Position numbers and translations under genes: made by a program | In this document: one piece after another, positions 13,501 through 26,397 of the stretch | How positions within the stretch are numbered: the first letter of the stretch is position 1 | Layout: the number at the start of each line of letters is the position of its first letter | The notes under the pieces: generated by a model | Told to the model about the DNA's origin: nothing | The model's database searches: none | Seen by the model: only the letters and a program-made list of their open reading frames with translations | From: Paragordius varius | Taxonomy: Eukaryota > Animalia > Nematomorpha | Assembly (NCBI GenBank): GCA_964247055.1 | Contig: OZ176058.1 | Location: 2,728,001 to 2,792,000 of the forward strand | Direction: 5' to 3' | DNA length: 64,000 nt

Positions 13501-16500
13501 TTCATCGGTTCCTTAAAAGGCTCCAAAATCAGTTTTAAAATGTCCAACGCTTGGCTCATTGAAAGCTAACACGGCACCAAATGTAAAGTTGATTTATTCA
13601 CGTATGGCAATATGGTATATTAAAATAGAGTTGAGCGATAAAAAGAAAAACCAAAAATAAAAAAGTGACTGGCTATTATATCACAAGTTCTTTTTATGTG
13701 TGCATGCCTTATTTGCATAGACGTTACACAATGGTTATTCTCAACAACAGATAAGCTTTAACACGAAATATATATATAATATTCAAATACAAAATAACTG
13801 ATGCAACATGAATTGAGGGTGTTAACAAAATAGAATATTATAACCTTACATAATCATATGAGTTTACATATGGCTATCATTACAATATAATAAAATTATT
13901 CCTTTTTTATTACAATTTATGTTTTGTTTTTATAGCTTTAAAATTTTTACTGTATTATACCCTATTTTAGTTAAATAAATTTGGTTCAGTACGAGCCCGA
14001 TGGTATGTATGCGTTTACAATACCATGAAATATTTCCCACTCATAAATGGTCATCTGTTTGTCCAAAAATATTTTGCGGATCAAAATGAAACGCGACAAT
14101 CGGTAAGATTCCAAATTTAATACTTTTTAAAGATTTAACAAAAAATGAGATTCAATTTATAGATTACAGTATGAGAGTAAGTATACATTGCTAGAAAGTT
14201 ATTAATTATTTGCCAAATAGTAAATACAACAAAAGGCACTATTATTGGCTAATAATAGTAAAAAGTAAAAAAAATAACTATAAACCAATAATACTGCCCT
14301 TTGTTGTATTTACTATTTGGAAATAATTAATAACTTTCTAGCAATGTACACTTACTACTGTAATTGCTTAATAGCTACTATAAAAAAGAAATTATTTCAA
14401 ATAAAATAATATTTCAAATTATACTGCTCCTTGTTTAATTATATTAAATATTATTAATATAAACATAAGATTTTGAAATATTTTTTAAAATTTTAATATT
14501 TTAAAATTTTTTATTTTATACAAGTTAATAATCAATTTATTTATAGTTTTTAATTATAATCCTAATTTAACCTTAATATATACAATAAGAATGGTTTTAA
14601 ATTGAATGCTCTCAATTCCGTAAAAGGTGGAAATTATATATGGATTTTTTTGGAACTAATTTGAGAATAAAGACTGTGTCTGTTGTTGTTTAAGTATTTA
14701 CCTATTTTTCAGTTATCAAATTAAACAGGGTTGGTCAACAAGAGCTCTTAGAGACTTTATGCGCGGCCCGCAAATGGAAATCCCTAATTTGTAAAAACAT
14801 GCTCATAAAATCATACGGAATTGATATTTTTTATATAATTTTTTCAAATATATCTATGCAAATACCAAGAAGAACTAGAAAAAAATGTTGTATTACGTTT
14901 AATTTTTCCAGTATTATGTTTGAAAATAAAAATTATTTGAATTCCCATATATTTCTAATGCGGTCTGCTGGATTATCAAACGAAAAATGCGCCCCCGAAG
15001 CCATTTGTGTTAAATACCTCTGGTTTAAAAGTACCGCATCGAAAAAACCTCGTTATTTAATATAAGAATAATGTATTTAATTTTATTATATTCATTTTAA
15101 TAGTATAAACTGTTTTTAAGCAAAAAAAATTGGATATGTAAAAAATGCTAATTTTTAAAACCTTTTACAATTCAAATTCACCCTTAAACAATTCAAATTC
15201 ACCCTTAAACAATTCAAATTCACCCTTGAACAATTCAAATTCACCATCGAACAATTCAAATTCACCCTCAATTAAAATATATGTTTTTCAATATTAAAAA
15301 CCTCTATATTATTATATTTTTAAAAAATAAAAATTTTGATTCAAATTAAAATAATACTAAGAAAATAATAAACTATGCTAAAGATATATTTCATATTAAT
15401 AATGAGTTATATTAGTTCGAAAACACACAATTTATTTTTAGGGTGAATCTGAATTGTTCAAGGGTGAATTTGAATTGCTCGAGGGTGAATTTGAATTGTT
15501 CAAGGGTGAATTTGAACTGTAAATGGTATATTGTCAGGTACATTTACATGATTAAGGCAAAATCCATTTTTTACCAAAAGTTTTATTCCAATAATATTTC
15601 GCTTTACTGCAGTTGCTATTTAGTATTATTTATTAAAATTAATATAAATTTGATCATAGTTAATTTTATCATTAGACTCTAAAATTAATCTATATTAATA
15701 ACACAACAATACCACTAAAAGTTTTTTTGATGCAAAATGTGGTAATTTTGAATTAATCTAGAAAGTTCCAAAAACTCAATAAGAAATCTCACCATAATAA
15801 TTTTGATTGAAAAATATTTTTTTACCTAGATACATAACATATCTAACGAAATTATTCAAATCTTTAATGAACGGTTGCCTCACATTGATTGGATGGATAA
15901 ACAGACACGTGTTTCTGCCCAAAGAAAAGTATTTTCTTTAGAATATATTTAAAGATTGATATAAGATCCATTTTATTTATTAAAAATATATATAAACCCT
16001 TTTCCTTGCTTATATTTATTTCTTAATAAATATTACTTTCGTTATTGAATTAGGCCGATTTTATTATCAAGAAAATTGGATTTCCAGACTTGTTGTACAA
16101 TTTGGATTACATCGATGAATTGAATAGCAAGGTAAATATACCATTTACAGTCAAATTCCCTTGAACAATTCAAATTCACCCTAAAATAAATTATGTGTTT
16201 TTTAAGATTAAAAATTACATATAGTTTTTAGATTTTTAAAAAATGGAATTTTGTTTATAATTAATATAACACTGAAAAAATAATAAACTATGCCATAGGA
16301 ATATATATTTTATTAATTATTAGTTATATAAGCCCGAAAAGACATAATTTATTTTTAGGGTTAATTGAATTGTTTATGGGTAAATTTGAATTTATGGGTG
16401 AATTTGAATTAAATAACCAGGTCACCTTTTTTGTCTATTATTTATTATATATTTTTAATAAACATAATAAGTTAAACGTGACAAATTTTATTGCTGTTAA

Positions 16501-19500
16501 TGTCTTTTATTATTATACAATTTTAAGATAAAATATACACACAGCAAATACCTTTAAAGTGTTCAGATATGCATGCTAAAATCTGAGATTAGGGTTTAAT
16601 TTTTTTAGGGATAGTGTTCATACAAATTGTTATTATGGTATTGTAGATACAATCTGATGAAGAATATTTTTTTAAAGTGGTAAAAAATTAACACCAATTT
16701 ATATTAAATAATTGTGTTCGCAGGTTACAATGAATCCGTTATTAGGATTTCATTTTTTAAGCTTAAAAAAATTCAGTTAACACATTTTACTTACTTTAAT
16801 ATTGTATAGATACAAATAGACGAAGAATATTATTTTGAAAACATTATTGGGTTGGAGAGCCGAATGAGTCAATTAGATCATGCTTATTATCGCAAACCTG
16901 TGGATCGTACGGAGTATATTTTTTATATATTAGTATGCGATGCATTTTAAAATAAATTATTTGATTTTTATTAATTGTTGTTTTTCAAGACAGATTTTAG
17001 CAAAATTATTTGTTTAAAAATGAGAGAAGCATTAATGAAAATTTATATAAATTTTAATTAGTATTTCTGTAAATAATTTTCGCTTTTCTGAGACTTTTGG
17101 AATTTTTTTTGCTTGGTCATTGCTAGTTCATTTATAATTTGAGGTAATATATTAGCAAATAAAAATATTATTGGCTTAACTCAAAGATATTTTTCGGCTT
17201 TTCATAATTATTAGTCAATAATACTGCTGTTTGGTGCATATGATATCTGGCAGTATTTTTAATCAAAACTACCAATAATATCAGTTTTAAAGTTTATTAC
17301 TGTAGAGTCTTATAAAATTACCTTAAAGGTAATTTAACATGTAATAAGGGAAATGCTAAGTTACAATATAAAAATCATTTAAGCCAACATAGACCATTCG
17401 TACTTCAAGTTAGTCCTTGAACATTTCAAGTTAGTTCTTGAAACTCTAAGTTGGTCCTTAAAAATCTAAGTTTGTTAACTAATCTGGATTTATGATATAT
17501 TTATTCATTTAAAATTAATATTTTTAATTAAAAACCAATTTTTTGTTTCTGAATATCAATAAAATTTAATTATTAATGTTTTAAACGAAAAAATGTTATA
17601 AATAACCTAGACTATTTTTTTCAATTGTGTTGAATCTTATTAAAATTAATTATATCTAAAAACTTAATAAAGATATACAGTTTCTGAATGATCAAAGTGA
17701 TTTAACAAGAGCATATGTTAAAAATTATTAAATATTTTATAATGGTTTGATCGATAAAAGTTAAAAACAAATTATAAAAGTTGAACCAACTTGAAGTGTT
17801 CAAGGACACTCATGAAGTTCAAAGGATATAGAATCTATCTATATGTTTATATTTACATAAAACTATTTCATTTTACCAAAAACATATAGATGGAAAGATA
17901 CGATATTGGAAGTGAATGCTTATTACCATTGGAATAAAAACTATATAAGTGCGTGGATTCTCTTATAAATTTTTTAAAAAAATATATGCCTTAACTTTAA
18001 ATAATTTTTACAAACATAAATTTTAGTGATCCCTGCCGGTATATTGCAACCACCATTTTATGAAAACGGTTATCCCAGGTATTCGTTTAATATGTGGTTG
18101 TTAAAATTTTTTAAAAATAGGTAATATATATGTTGTTAAAATTAAAATAATAAAGACAAAACATAAAAAGTAAAAGCTAATAACTTTTTATAAATAAAAC
18201 CACAATTTATAATCTTGACCTTTTAGTACATATAATGTTGGGTGATGAAAGAAAAGAAAAGAAATGTAAATTGGTAAAATTGGATTTTTTTTTCAATTGT
18301 ATTTTCTAATTAGGTTATATTATTAAGATTAGTGTTTAACTTTGTAATATTATAATTTTAATTTTTACTGTATATTCAGGTCCATAAAATATAGTCGAAT
18401 TGGATTTATAATTGGTCATGAAACAACGCATGCTTTTGACATATCTGGTAAAAATTTAAAATTTTTTATAGAATTCACACCTTAAATGAACCCTTGACAC
18501 TTCATGTTTACCCCCTAAACATTTGAAATTCCCCTAAAAATAAATGGTGTTTTTAAATTACCTATATTTTGCACATTTTATAAATAAACTACCAACAGAA
18601 AAAAATGATAAACTATGTTATAAAGATATTTTCATATCAATATTTATTTTAATTAGCCCAATCATGCTTTATTAAATTTGGGGGAATTCGTAATGTTCAA
18701 GGATGAGTTTGAAATGTTTAAGGGTAAATAAAAGATGTAAATTTTATAAATATAATTTACTAACGAATAAATCCTAGGTAGTCAATACAACGAATATGGG
18801 AATCAAAAAGAATGGTGGTCTAAAACTATCACGGAAGATTTTAAGAAGAAAGCTGAATGTATTATCCAACAATATGGAAACTACATTATACCCGATTTAA
18901 ATATTAAGGTTAATTTGATTCTTTGACAAAAAAACTTTTATTTAACACTTTATTACAGGGGTTGATGATAGAAAAAATTATAATTTTATGAGTAATTTTT
19001 TCGGCAATAAAACCAAATAAGACAAATAAATAATTTTTTAAGGTTTTTTAAACCTTATTATTTTTCCTATATTAAATATCATTTAATTAAGATTATAAAA
19101 TGGATAATAAATTGTACCCATACATGTCTTATACTTAATTTGCAATGTAAAACCAGCCAGTGGTCTTTCAAAAAATATCTGCCTTTAAACTTTAACTTTT
19201 TGTAGGTATAATATTAATTATTACTATGTATATATATTCTAGAAAAAAAACAATTTTTTTATTTTTATAATTTTATACAATTTTTTGAATGATTTGCCAA
19301 TCAATCATGAATATTTTTGACTTTAAATTATATTTGCATTTTTAGTTTATTAAATTAATTATTATATAATATGCTAAAATGGATATTTTTAATTTCGGTA
19401 GTGAGTCCGAGAGTAGTAATCCATATGATAAAATGTCGAAATTTATTTATTTTTTTTTAATTTTATTATTACAATAAAGATACCAAATTTTTGAATCATA

Positions 19501-22500
19501 AGACAACCATACTTTAAACCTAATTTTTTTCCTTAAAAATTAATTGGATTACAATTGTTTAAACATAAAATGAATATGTTATCGATATATATTTTCATGT
19601 TTTGTCATTCAAATCGTTGCACTTTAAAAGTATGGTTGTCTATTTGAAAAAAAAATGTCTTTATTTTTTACGTTTTGTAAATATAATTTTAATACTGGAA
19701 AATTATTTTTTGGTATAGTTAAGTGGTTTTAACACACAAAGCGAAAATATTGCTGACAATGGTGGAATCAAACAAGCTTATGCGGTAAATAAATTATAAT
19801 ATAATTTATTTAACTTTATTTAACACTTCATTACCTTTTGGGGTAGTTTTCTATCCTAGAGCGTAAATATATCTTAACAAATATTATATCCAGCCGAATT
19901 TTAAAAAATATAATTAGCCGAATTTGAAATCGCATTATACAGAAATTTTTTTAGTAATGTAAAATTATAAAATCCTCATCTCAAACTTTTTTACTTTTTT
20001 TAAAAATCACTATTGCAACAGTCAAATAAATGTTTTGGCTAACATTATAAAGCTTTCAGGCTACATTTTACCAGCAAAAACTTTATATTTTGGTTTTAAT
20101 ATCAGCTGTTCATTTTAATCGCATATTAAAGCTGTCCCAATTTTAAACTCTAAATGTCATAAGCTGAGAAAATTTTTATTTACTTGCGCCTTTGATATAA
20201 AGTTACCCCAAGATGTCATTTAGGACAAAAAGTGAAAAGGTCACAAAGTGTTAAGCATCATAATAATATTCGCATTATTCAAAACTAGCGCCATTATGCA
20301 CACCAATTAGCAATAATTTATATATATTTATATATATATATATATATATATATAACTATTTTTGTAAAATTCAATCGTAATATATGATTTTAAATTTTTG
20401 GATTTTTTTAATTTTAATTTTGTACAACAAAAAAATCAACGTAACGTATTATTCAAAACTATCCCGCGTTTTATACAAACAAATTATTTTAAAATTTTTT
20501 ACAAATTTTGTTAAAATATTTAAATTATAAAATAACTCTAGTTCAGAGATAAGAAATTTTATAATTAAAAATTTTATTTATATTAGAAACATTAAATTAT
20601 ACAGAAAAACATAAATTTAAAGACGACCATTTTTTTAAGAAAACTCATCATTTTGGTTTTTAGAATGATATAGAAATATATATTCTTAATACAATTGTAA
20701 ATAAACAGTTTATATGGGTAAAATGAATGTTTTAAAAAGTATGGTGCTTATTTCAAAACTATTATTTGTCTTTATATTTTTACCTTTTGTCTGTATAATT
20801 TTATTTTTACTAAATATAATTTATATCTCTATACTTAGGCTTTCAAAAAATCCGAACAAATTTATGGTGAAGATTATACGTTACCCTCACTTACACTCAA
20901 TCCAGACCAAATATTTTTCCTAAGTTTTGCTCAAGTAATTTAACCCGATCCATTTTTTTCCTATCTAAGATTTTATTATGAATTGCAATCTACCAAAAAA
21001 ATTTTGGTTTTAAATTTTTTTGCTAAAAAATCCAATTTCTTATGTCAATTTTGCTTTTCAGTACCTTTTTAATAAAGTGAAATGCCATGTCCAGTTTTTT
21101 AAAAAAAGTATCATACAATTAATTTTTAAGAGCCTATTTATATTATTCTTTTTGTGGCTTTTATGATTAGAATTAAGTATAACACACACATGAAAAATAC
21201 GAACGAAACAAACAATTGTATTTTTAGGTTTCTAAAATGCCTTTTTTGATATTAGGTTGTTGAAAAAAAAATACTAATACGTTAGAATTTTCTTATATTT
21301 TGGTTTTTTTACAAACGCAACATTCAAGCAAACGCCACTTTTTTACTAGCGGCATTTTTTTGAGCAAAGACTACATTTTTTTCCGGGAAACGCTACATTT
21401 TTTCAGTTGCCTTTGGATGAAAAACGTTCGCTTGAATAATGTTGTCTTTGTTTAAAAAATGTTGTCTTTATTGATAAAAATATTGCCTTTGGTTAAAAAA
21501 ATGTGATGTTTGCCTGAAAAAATGCCTTTGTTGATAAAAAATGTTGCTTTTGATTGAAAAATGAATAAGTTAAAAAAAATATATTTTTTAGATTTACTTT
21601 TTTTATGTATAAAAAAAGATATGGTGTGGTTTAACTCATCCGGACAAAGTTAAAAATGATATACCACTCTTATCACACCCTTATGAAAGATTCAGGTATT
21701 ATTATTTTAATATATTATAAAATTTTATTAAGTTTATTATCCATATAATGACCCTTTAAAAATGATATAACTTTTTTCTATAAAAATTTTCTGTAACCAA
21801 AGTAATTTTATTTAAAAATGTAAAAATATAATGACAAACATTGTAAAAAAAATAATTTTAAATTTTGAATTAATGTTTTAATAAGTAAGTAACACTGTCT
21901 TTAAAAAAAATATTTTTTTAGTTAAAAACATCTGACCATTTAACAAAAAAAACTTTTTTTATATATTAAAACTTGTATGTAATGATATTAATTGTTCAAA
22001 CATCTAATTCGATGCTAAAAAATATGCTAAAAAATAAAATATAATAAATCTTTTGTTGTTTTATTCTATGAGTAAAAATATAAAGATTTACGACAGTTTT
22101 TTAGATTAAAACTTCATCTTATTATTTTGAACGCAACATTAGAGCTGATACTAGAAAACAAACTCCTATTTTTTAAAGTTGCATTGGTTAACATTTAATT
22201 ATCAAACCCTCTTGCACACCTGTTACACATAAAAAACATGCAATTTTATTTAGAGTCTCATATTCTAGGTCTAAGATTGCGACCAGATATATAAATCGAA
22301 AATATTTTCTGGTAAAATGTGATTAAAAAGCTTTCCAAATTAATAATTTACATTTTTTACCATATTATAGATTTTAAATTTATAATTTCTAAAAAATTAA
22401 AGAAAGATAAAAAAGTTTGAGAGTTTAATTTACCATTTTTTAGAAAAATTTTTTTAATCATGCGCTAAAAACTAAAGGGTGCAGTGTTAAAGATTAATTT

Positions 22501-22919
22501 ATTAAAATGCATAAAAAATTTATATTTTTTAAGTTTGTTTTATTTTACCTCATATATACAGTAAAAATTTATTTTATACGGACAAAACTTAAAAAGTCAT
22601 AAAAAAATAATTTTTATAAATCACGAACTTACATCATGAGTATGTTACGAATTATAACTCTATGATGTTAGATGCAAAGTTTATATTAAAATAAAGTTGC
22701 GTTCAAATAATATAGTTTATTTTTTATTTTCAAAAAAATTGAAAATATTTACAATTTATCGCTATAATTATGATTTCAATTTGCAAAATAGTTGTTATAT
22801 AGTTTTTTGAATTTTCTAGAGTTATTGGAACTTTATCAAATTTTCCGAGTTTTGCCAAAGCTTACAATTGCCCCTTAGGATCACCCATGAACCCGATTGA
22901 AAAGTGTGCAGTCTGGTGA
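154..22919 (+). CDS. M13 family (neprilysin/ECE-like) zinc metalloendopeptidase, 5'-partial, 19 exons visible
   Basis: Hand-spliced join, all GT-AG with phases consistent: 154-315,1391-1477,2580-2812,3336-3506,5989-6075,6861-6982,8551-8644,13971-14102,15830-15928,16054-16131,16810-16913,17890-17948,18027-18078,18380-18447,18778-18908,19719-19784,20839-20934,21619-21695,22820-22919 (2018 nt, TGA at 22917-22919). Motifs: [53 protein letters not shown] (HExxH), [33 protein letters not shown]. Confidence 0.95.
1479..1514. repeat. (TA)n microsatellite beginning within a 5' splice site
   Basis: Exon ends at 1477; GT(AT)n follows. Confidence 0.9.
2210..2268 (+). pseudogene. Pseudo-exon: copy of the head of peptidase exon 2580-2812
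   Basis: ttttatcag acceptor, then (K)[18 protein letters not shown] versus true (K)[20 protein letters not shown]; TGG>TGA. Confidence 0.8.
4331..4856. mobile_element. Non-autonomous TTAA-target element (piggyBac-like), family H
   Basis: TTAA|CACTC...GAGTG|TTAA with subterminal ttttggggtag/ctacccca. Confidence 0.75.
6697..6812. mobile_element. MITE family F (TA|CAGTAGCGTATG, ~116 bp)
   Basis: Perfect 12-bp TIR with TA flanks; other copies at 836-950, 6533-6647, ~9191-9362. Confidence 0.8.
7237..7463. mobile_element. MITE family C
   Basis: TA|CAGTCATGTATCC...GGGTACATGACCG|TA; internal inverted aagaatggaaaagacaagagctct. Confidence 0.85.
9565..9833 (-). repeat. 3' LTR
   Basis: 269 bp, TGTAAAG...CCTTACA on +; 3 substitutions versus 13582-13850. 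Confidence 0.95.
9834..9846 (-). promoter_or_regulatory. Polypurine tract
   Basis: AGGGGGAAAGTAA on - immediately before the 3' LTR. Confidence 0.85.
9885..13559 (-). pseudogene. Disrupted gag-pol of the LTR element
   Basis: ATG at 13559 ([17 protein letters not shown]) with a frameshift into ORF 13431-11140 (CxxCxxxHxxxxC knuckles, YDTGA protease, YLDD RT, TDAS/TDHKPL RNase H). TGA at 11142-11140 replaces expected TGG, then reading continues in frame (LVIP, HVGHSG, CEAC). Frameshift near 10903 into the IN core (IDVAGP, TDNAT, GLVER). Frameshift near 10170 into the tail ending [16 protein letters not shown] (9885). RT N-terminus deleted near 12430. Confidence 0.9.
13570..13579 (-). promoter_or_regulatory. 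Primer-binding site complementary to tRNA-His 3' end
   Basis: TGGTGCCGTG on -, 2 nt after the 5' LTR; complementary to ...CACGGCACCA-3', the known eukaryotic tRNA-His end. Confidence 0.8.
13582..13850 (-). repeat. 5' LTR
   Basis: 269 bp copy of 9565-9833, followed on - by TT and the PBS. Confidence 0.95.
14167..14360. mobile_element. MITE family D (TA|CAGTATGAG, palindromic)
   Basis: Near-perfect 194-bp foldback; related copy at ~61275-61453, remnants at ~9400-9470 and ~17130-17300. Confidence 0.85.
15161..15526. mobile_element. MITE family A
   Basis: Five left and four right 21-bp repeats; ends GTAAATGG|TATA. Confidence 0.85.
16141..16410. mobile_element. MITE family A, starting 9 nt into an intron
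   Basis: gtaaataTA|CCATTTAC right after donor 16132. Confidence 0.8.
16647..16691 (+). pseudogene. Pseudo-exon: copy of the head of peptidase exon 16810-16913
   Basis: ttgtag acceptor, then [14 protein letters not shown] versus true [13 protein letters not shown]. Confidence 0.6.
19824..20250. mobile_element. TTAA-target element, family H
   Basis: TTAA|CACTT...AAGTG|TTAA; internal similarity to 4331-4856. Other relics at ~52370-52700, ~56345-57118 and ~59950-60630. Confidence 0.75.
21305..21565. repeat. Foldback of ~22-bp tandem repeats (aaacgcaacattttt / aaaaatgttgcctttg)
   Basis: Left units are inverted relative to right units; a shorter relative at ~421-520 starts TATA|CCATTT. Confidence 0.65.
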
Positions 22920-22940
22920 TTTTGAAGTGCAAATTTTAAA

Positions 22941-22946
22941 AATAAA
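22941..22946 (+). promoter_or_regulatory. Candidate polyadenylation signal of the peptidase
   Basis: AATAAA 21 nt after the stop (another at ~22991); weak evidence in such AT-rich DNA. Confidence 0.35.
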
Positions 22947-23112
22947 CTAATTTTATATATTTATATCGTTATACTGTGATGTTAATTTTTAATAAATATC
23001 TTTTTTATAAGATTGATTTTCAATATCAATTTATGTAATATTTTTGAGAGGTTTAACACTTTTCTACCAGCTAAAAATATTAACTGACAGCTTATTAAAA
23101 ATATTACATATA

Positions 23113-23450
23113 CCATTTACAATTTAAATTGATCCTTAAACAATTTAAATTCACTCTTGAACAATTTAAATTCACCGTTGAAAAATTCAAATACCCTTAA
23201 ATAATTAATATGTTTTTTAAAATTCAAATTTACCTATATTTCTATATTTTTTGAAAATAAAATTATGTTTTAAATTAATGTATTATTTAAAACATTATAA
23301 AGTATGCCATAGAAATATTATATTATTAATGAGTTATATTAGTTCGAATACACATAATTTGTTTTTAGGGTGAATTTGAATTGTTTGAGGGTGAATTTGA
23401 ATTGTACGAGGGTGAATTAAATTTGTTCAAGGGTAAAATACTGTAAATGG
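23113..23450. mobile_element. MITE family A
   Basis: TA|CCATTTAC...GTAAATGG with inverted 21-bp arrays. Confidence 0.85.
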
Positions 23451-24690
23451 ATTAATAAATATAAAAAATTCAATACCGGATACTCTTAAATTATTTGAGA
23501 TCTATATTACATGTTATACATAAAAATACATATTAATTATCCTTGATAACAGAGCTTGTACCCGAGCTTAAATTTGAAACGGTCGAACAACGGTTTCATC
23601 AAAGAACCGCAAGAACAGGTTATTGCAGTTTTGATTCCCTATCCTGGTTAATTTAATTAATGACAAAATCTCTACTTATTAAGTAAATTAAAATTATACG
23701 GACAATACATAAAAATATAAAGACAAATTTTTTTTTAAAAAAACCATCCTTTATGAATCATAATCACTTATATATATTGCAAAGTGTGAAATAGAAATAT
23801 ATATTACTAAAACAATCAATTATGTATTTTAAAATTGTAATTTAATAGCTACAGGAAAAATTAAGGTTTGAAAATGTATGGCTGTCTTTTGAAAACAACT
23901 AATTGTCCTTATATTTTTACGTCTTGTTCGCATATATTCAATATTTACTATAAACCAAATTTTATTCATTAGGTTTTATGAGAAAATATGACTGGTTATT
24001 TTGAAAGCGGATGCTTTCTTTGCCTTGAACCAAACCTTTTTATATTTAACAAAACTAAAAACTTAAGTCAATTTTTTTAAAACAAACTTTTTCCCATATA
24101 AATTATATTATTCTCATATATAATTATTTACATGTTTACATAATATTTCGTAATGAAAACATGGTAATTCGAAAAATTGTCTTTTAAATAAAAATTTTTG
24201 CATTTATGTTAATAAATTAAATTTTACATCTAAACATTTCACATAAATAAAAATTGAATTTATACGGACGAAACCTAAAAATATAAAGATTTTATCTAAA
24301 AGACCATACTTTTAAAAATTTAACTGATTGTTTAAAATTGTAAAGTATAAAATTGATAGGTATATTGGTGACACAATCAATTATTTGTAATTATATATTA
24401 TATAATTTATATGATTACAATTAAGTATTAATATATTTGTCTTTTGAAAAATATTTGTCCTTATATTTTTACTTTTGGTCCATATAATTTAAGTTTTTAC
24501 TGTAAAATTAATGGTAAAATTTCAAAATTTTTTAATAATTAAGTTCATTTACTCAAATATATGGTATTTGTAAAATAAAATTTTTAAATAAATTTTTACA
24601 GAAATAGTTGTTATTTAATATAATATTTAAGCGATAAGTTTGCTTAATTAAAGTTGATAACTATTTGCGCACCTCAAACTTTCTTTTTAA

Positions 24691-25261
24691 CACTTCAATT
24701 TAAATTGGGGTATCTAAATACCCCAGACTTAATTTAAGTTAGAATTTTTTTAAAACTACTGAAGGAAACGGTCCCAAATTAAATTTATGCTTCTATCCTA
24801 ATAAAAATTATATAAATATGCCAAAATATCTAAATAAAATTTTGTTTTGAAAAAAAGTTGCATGTCAAACTACTTTGAAGCTATTTTTATTTTGTAAATA
24901 TTTTGCAAAATATCGTCTTGATTTAATTTTAAGGGTAGAATTAAAGCTAATTTTTTATTTAAATTACTTTTAACATTGATGGAAATAGAAGCGGGTTATT
25001 TTGTATTATATTTAAATTTTATCATTGCCCACATGTTACGTTGACTAAATTTTTACCTTTCGGTTTTAGCTTAAAATGAGTAATACAAGTATTTTTGAAT
25101 ACAATTTTTTATATATTTCGGTTTATTAATATTATATAAGTGCAAAATTTTGCCATCGTTTTGATCCCTTCCATATTTTTAAAGAATTTAATTTTAAACA
25201 CGCCTGGGGTATTACCCCAATTTGAATCGAAAGACTAAAATGAATGTGTTGTATCCAAGTG
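24691..25261. mobile_element. TTAA-target element, related subfamily
   Basis: TTAA|CACTT...AAGTG|TTAA; ggggta/tacccc palindromes near both ends. Confidence 0.65.
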
Positions 25262-25349
25262 TTAAACTTGATTTATTTAAATGGAACTCATTATTTTAGT
25301 GAGAGTTTAAAATATGAAATAGAGAAATGTAAATTGACACATTTTATAA

Positions 25350-25646
25350 TTCTATTTGACACCAATTCAAATTGACCCTCGAAAATTCAAATTCACCCTG
25401 AAATTATAGTTTTCGGGCTAATATAACTTATCATTTATAACGAATATATCTTTATGACAAAATTTAATATTTTTCGGTATTATTTTAATTTTAAACAAAA
25501 TTTCATTTTTTAAAAATATAAAAAAATACAGGTTATTTTTAATTTTAAAAAAGACATACTTTATTTTAGGGTAAAATTAAATGTAAGGGGAAACTTAATT
25601 GTTCAAGAATTAGAATTATTTAAGGGTGAATTTGAAGTGTAAATGG
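25350..25646. mobile_element. MITE family A (degenerate left end)
   Basis: 21-bp repeats and GTAAATGG|TATA. Further degenerate copies at ~4015-4320, 4946-5183, 17392-17835, 18470-18742, 27838-28050, 45417-45692. Confidence 0.7.
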
Positions 25647-26397
25647 TATATTTAAGAAATTCGAAATTGTCATTAAAAAGTTTATGTTGGAAAAATCAAA
25701 TTAGGTTTTGAAAAAGTATGGTTGCTTTTTTACATACTGTCCCTATATTTTAAATTTAATCGAATTATGAGTATTCTTGGCTAATTATTGCTAAAAGGTT
25801 AATCAGATTTCTTGACATATAATTTTTAAATCAAAATACCGCATTTTTGAGTCGAAAAATGAGACCATCGGCAATAACAAATATTTTATTAGATTTTAAA
25901 CATAAAACTGTATCTATATTTATTCGAACATTTATTACCAGTTCTTTGCCAATATTCAGTAAAGCTTACAGCGAAAACTTAAATTATACGGACAAATTGT
26001 AAATTAAGATAATTTTTCTAAAAAACCATATAAATCTTATTTTATCAAAATAACTAGATATATATATTACTAAATAATGAATTTTATATATTACAATTCT
26101 AACTTAATAGCTAATATAGGAAAATTAAGGTTTTAAAAAATATGGTTTACTTTTAAATAAAAATATTTTTCTTGATATTTTCACGTTTTGTCCGCATAAA
26201 TCATAATTATTTAGATTACGTAATTTTATATTTAAAATTTCTCGCGGGCTGCAAAAATATTTGGCCACCCCTGTATTAAATAAATAGAATATTTGTTATA
26301 ATGGCGTTTTTCATAATTTTTATGGTTGATTATGAGCGTAATTATCAAGTAATATCGCAAATTCAATCCATATTTTTTTAAATAAAATACTATTTTA

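Larger units (their letters stand above)
9565..13850 (-). mobile_element. Ty3/gypsy LTR retrotransposon (Mag-clade-like), defective, antisense in peptidase intron
   Basis: Two 269-bp LTRs (TGT...ACA) and 5-bp TSD TAATC at 9560-9564 and 13851-13855. PBS and PPT present. Internal gag (twin CCHC knuckles)-PR-RT-RNaseH-IN in gypsy order. Confidence 0.97.

Noticed and set aside
15443-15682. ORFs with 7-aa repeats (also 49847-50068) and a CRISPR-like look of the 21-bp repeats
   Set aside because: These are translations of family A subterminal repeats; the repeats are head-to-tail with no unique spacers and no cas genes, in eukaryotic DNA.
21585-21618. Canonical-looking acceptor tttttAG at 21591
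   Set aside because: Introduces an in-frame TAA; the downstream AAG acceptor gives the conserved QIWC.
23520-23610. GAAACGGTC and TTGATGA resembling hammerhead parts (also 24760-24785)
   Set aside because: Core elements are not in the right order on one strand and helix II cannot form.
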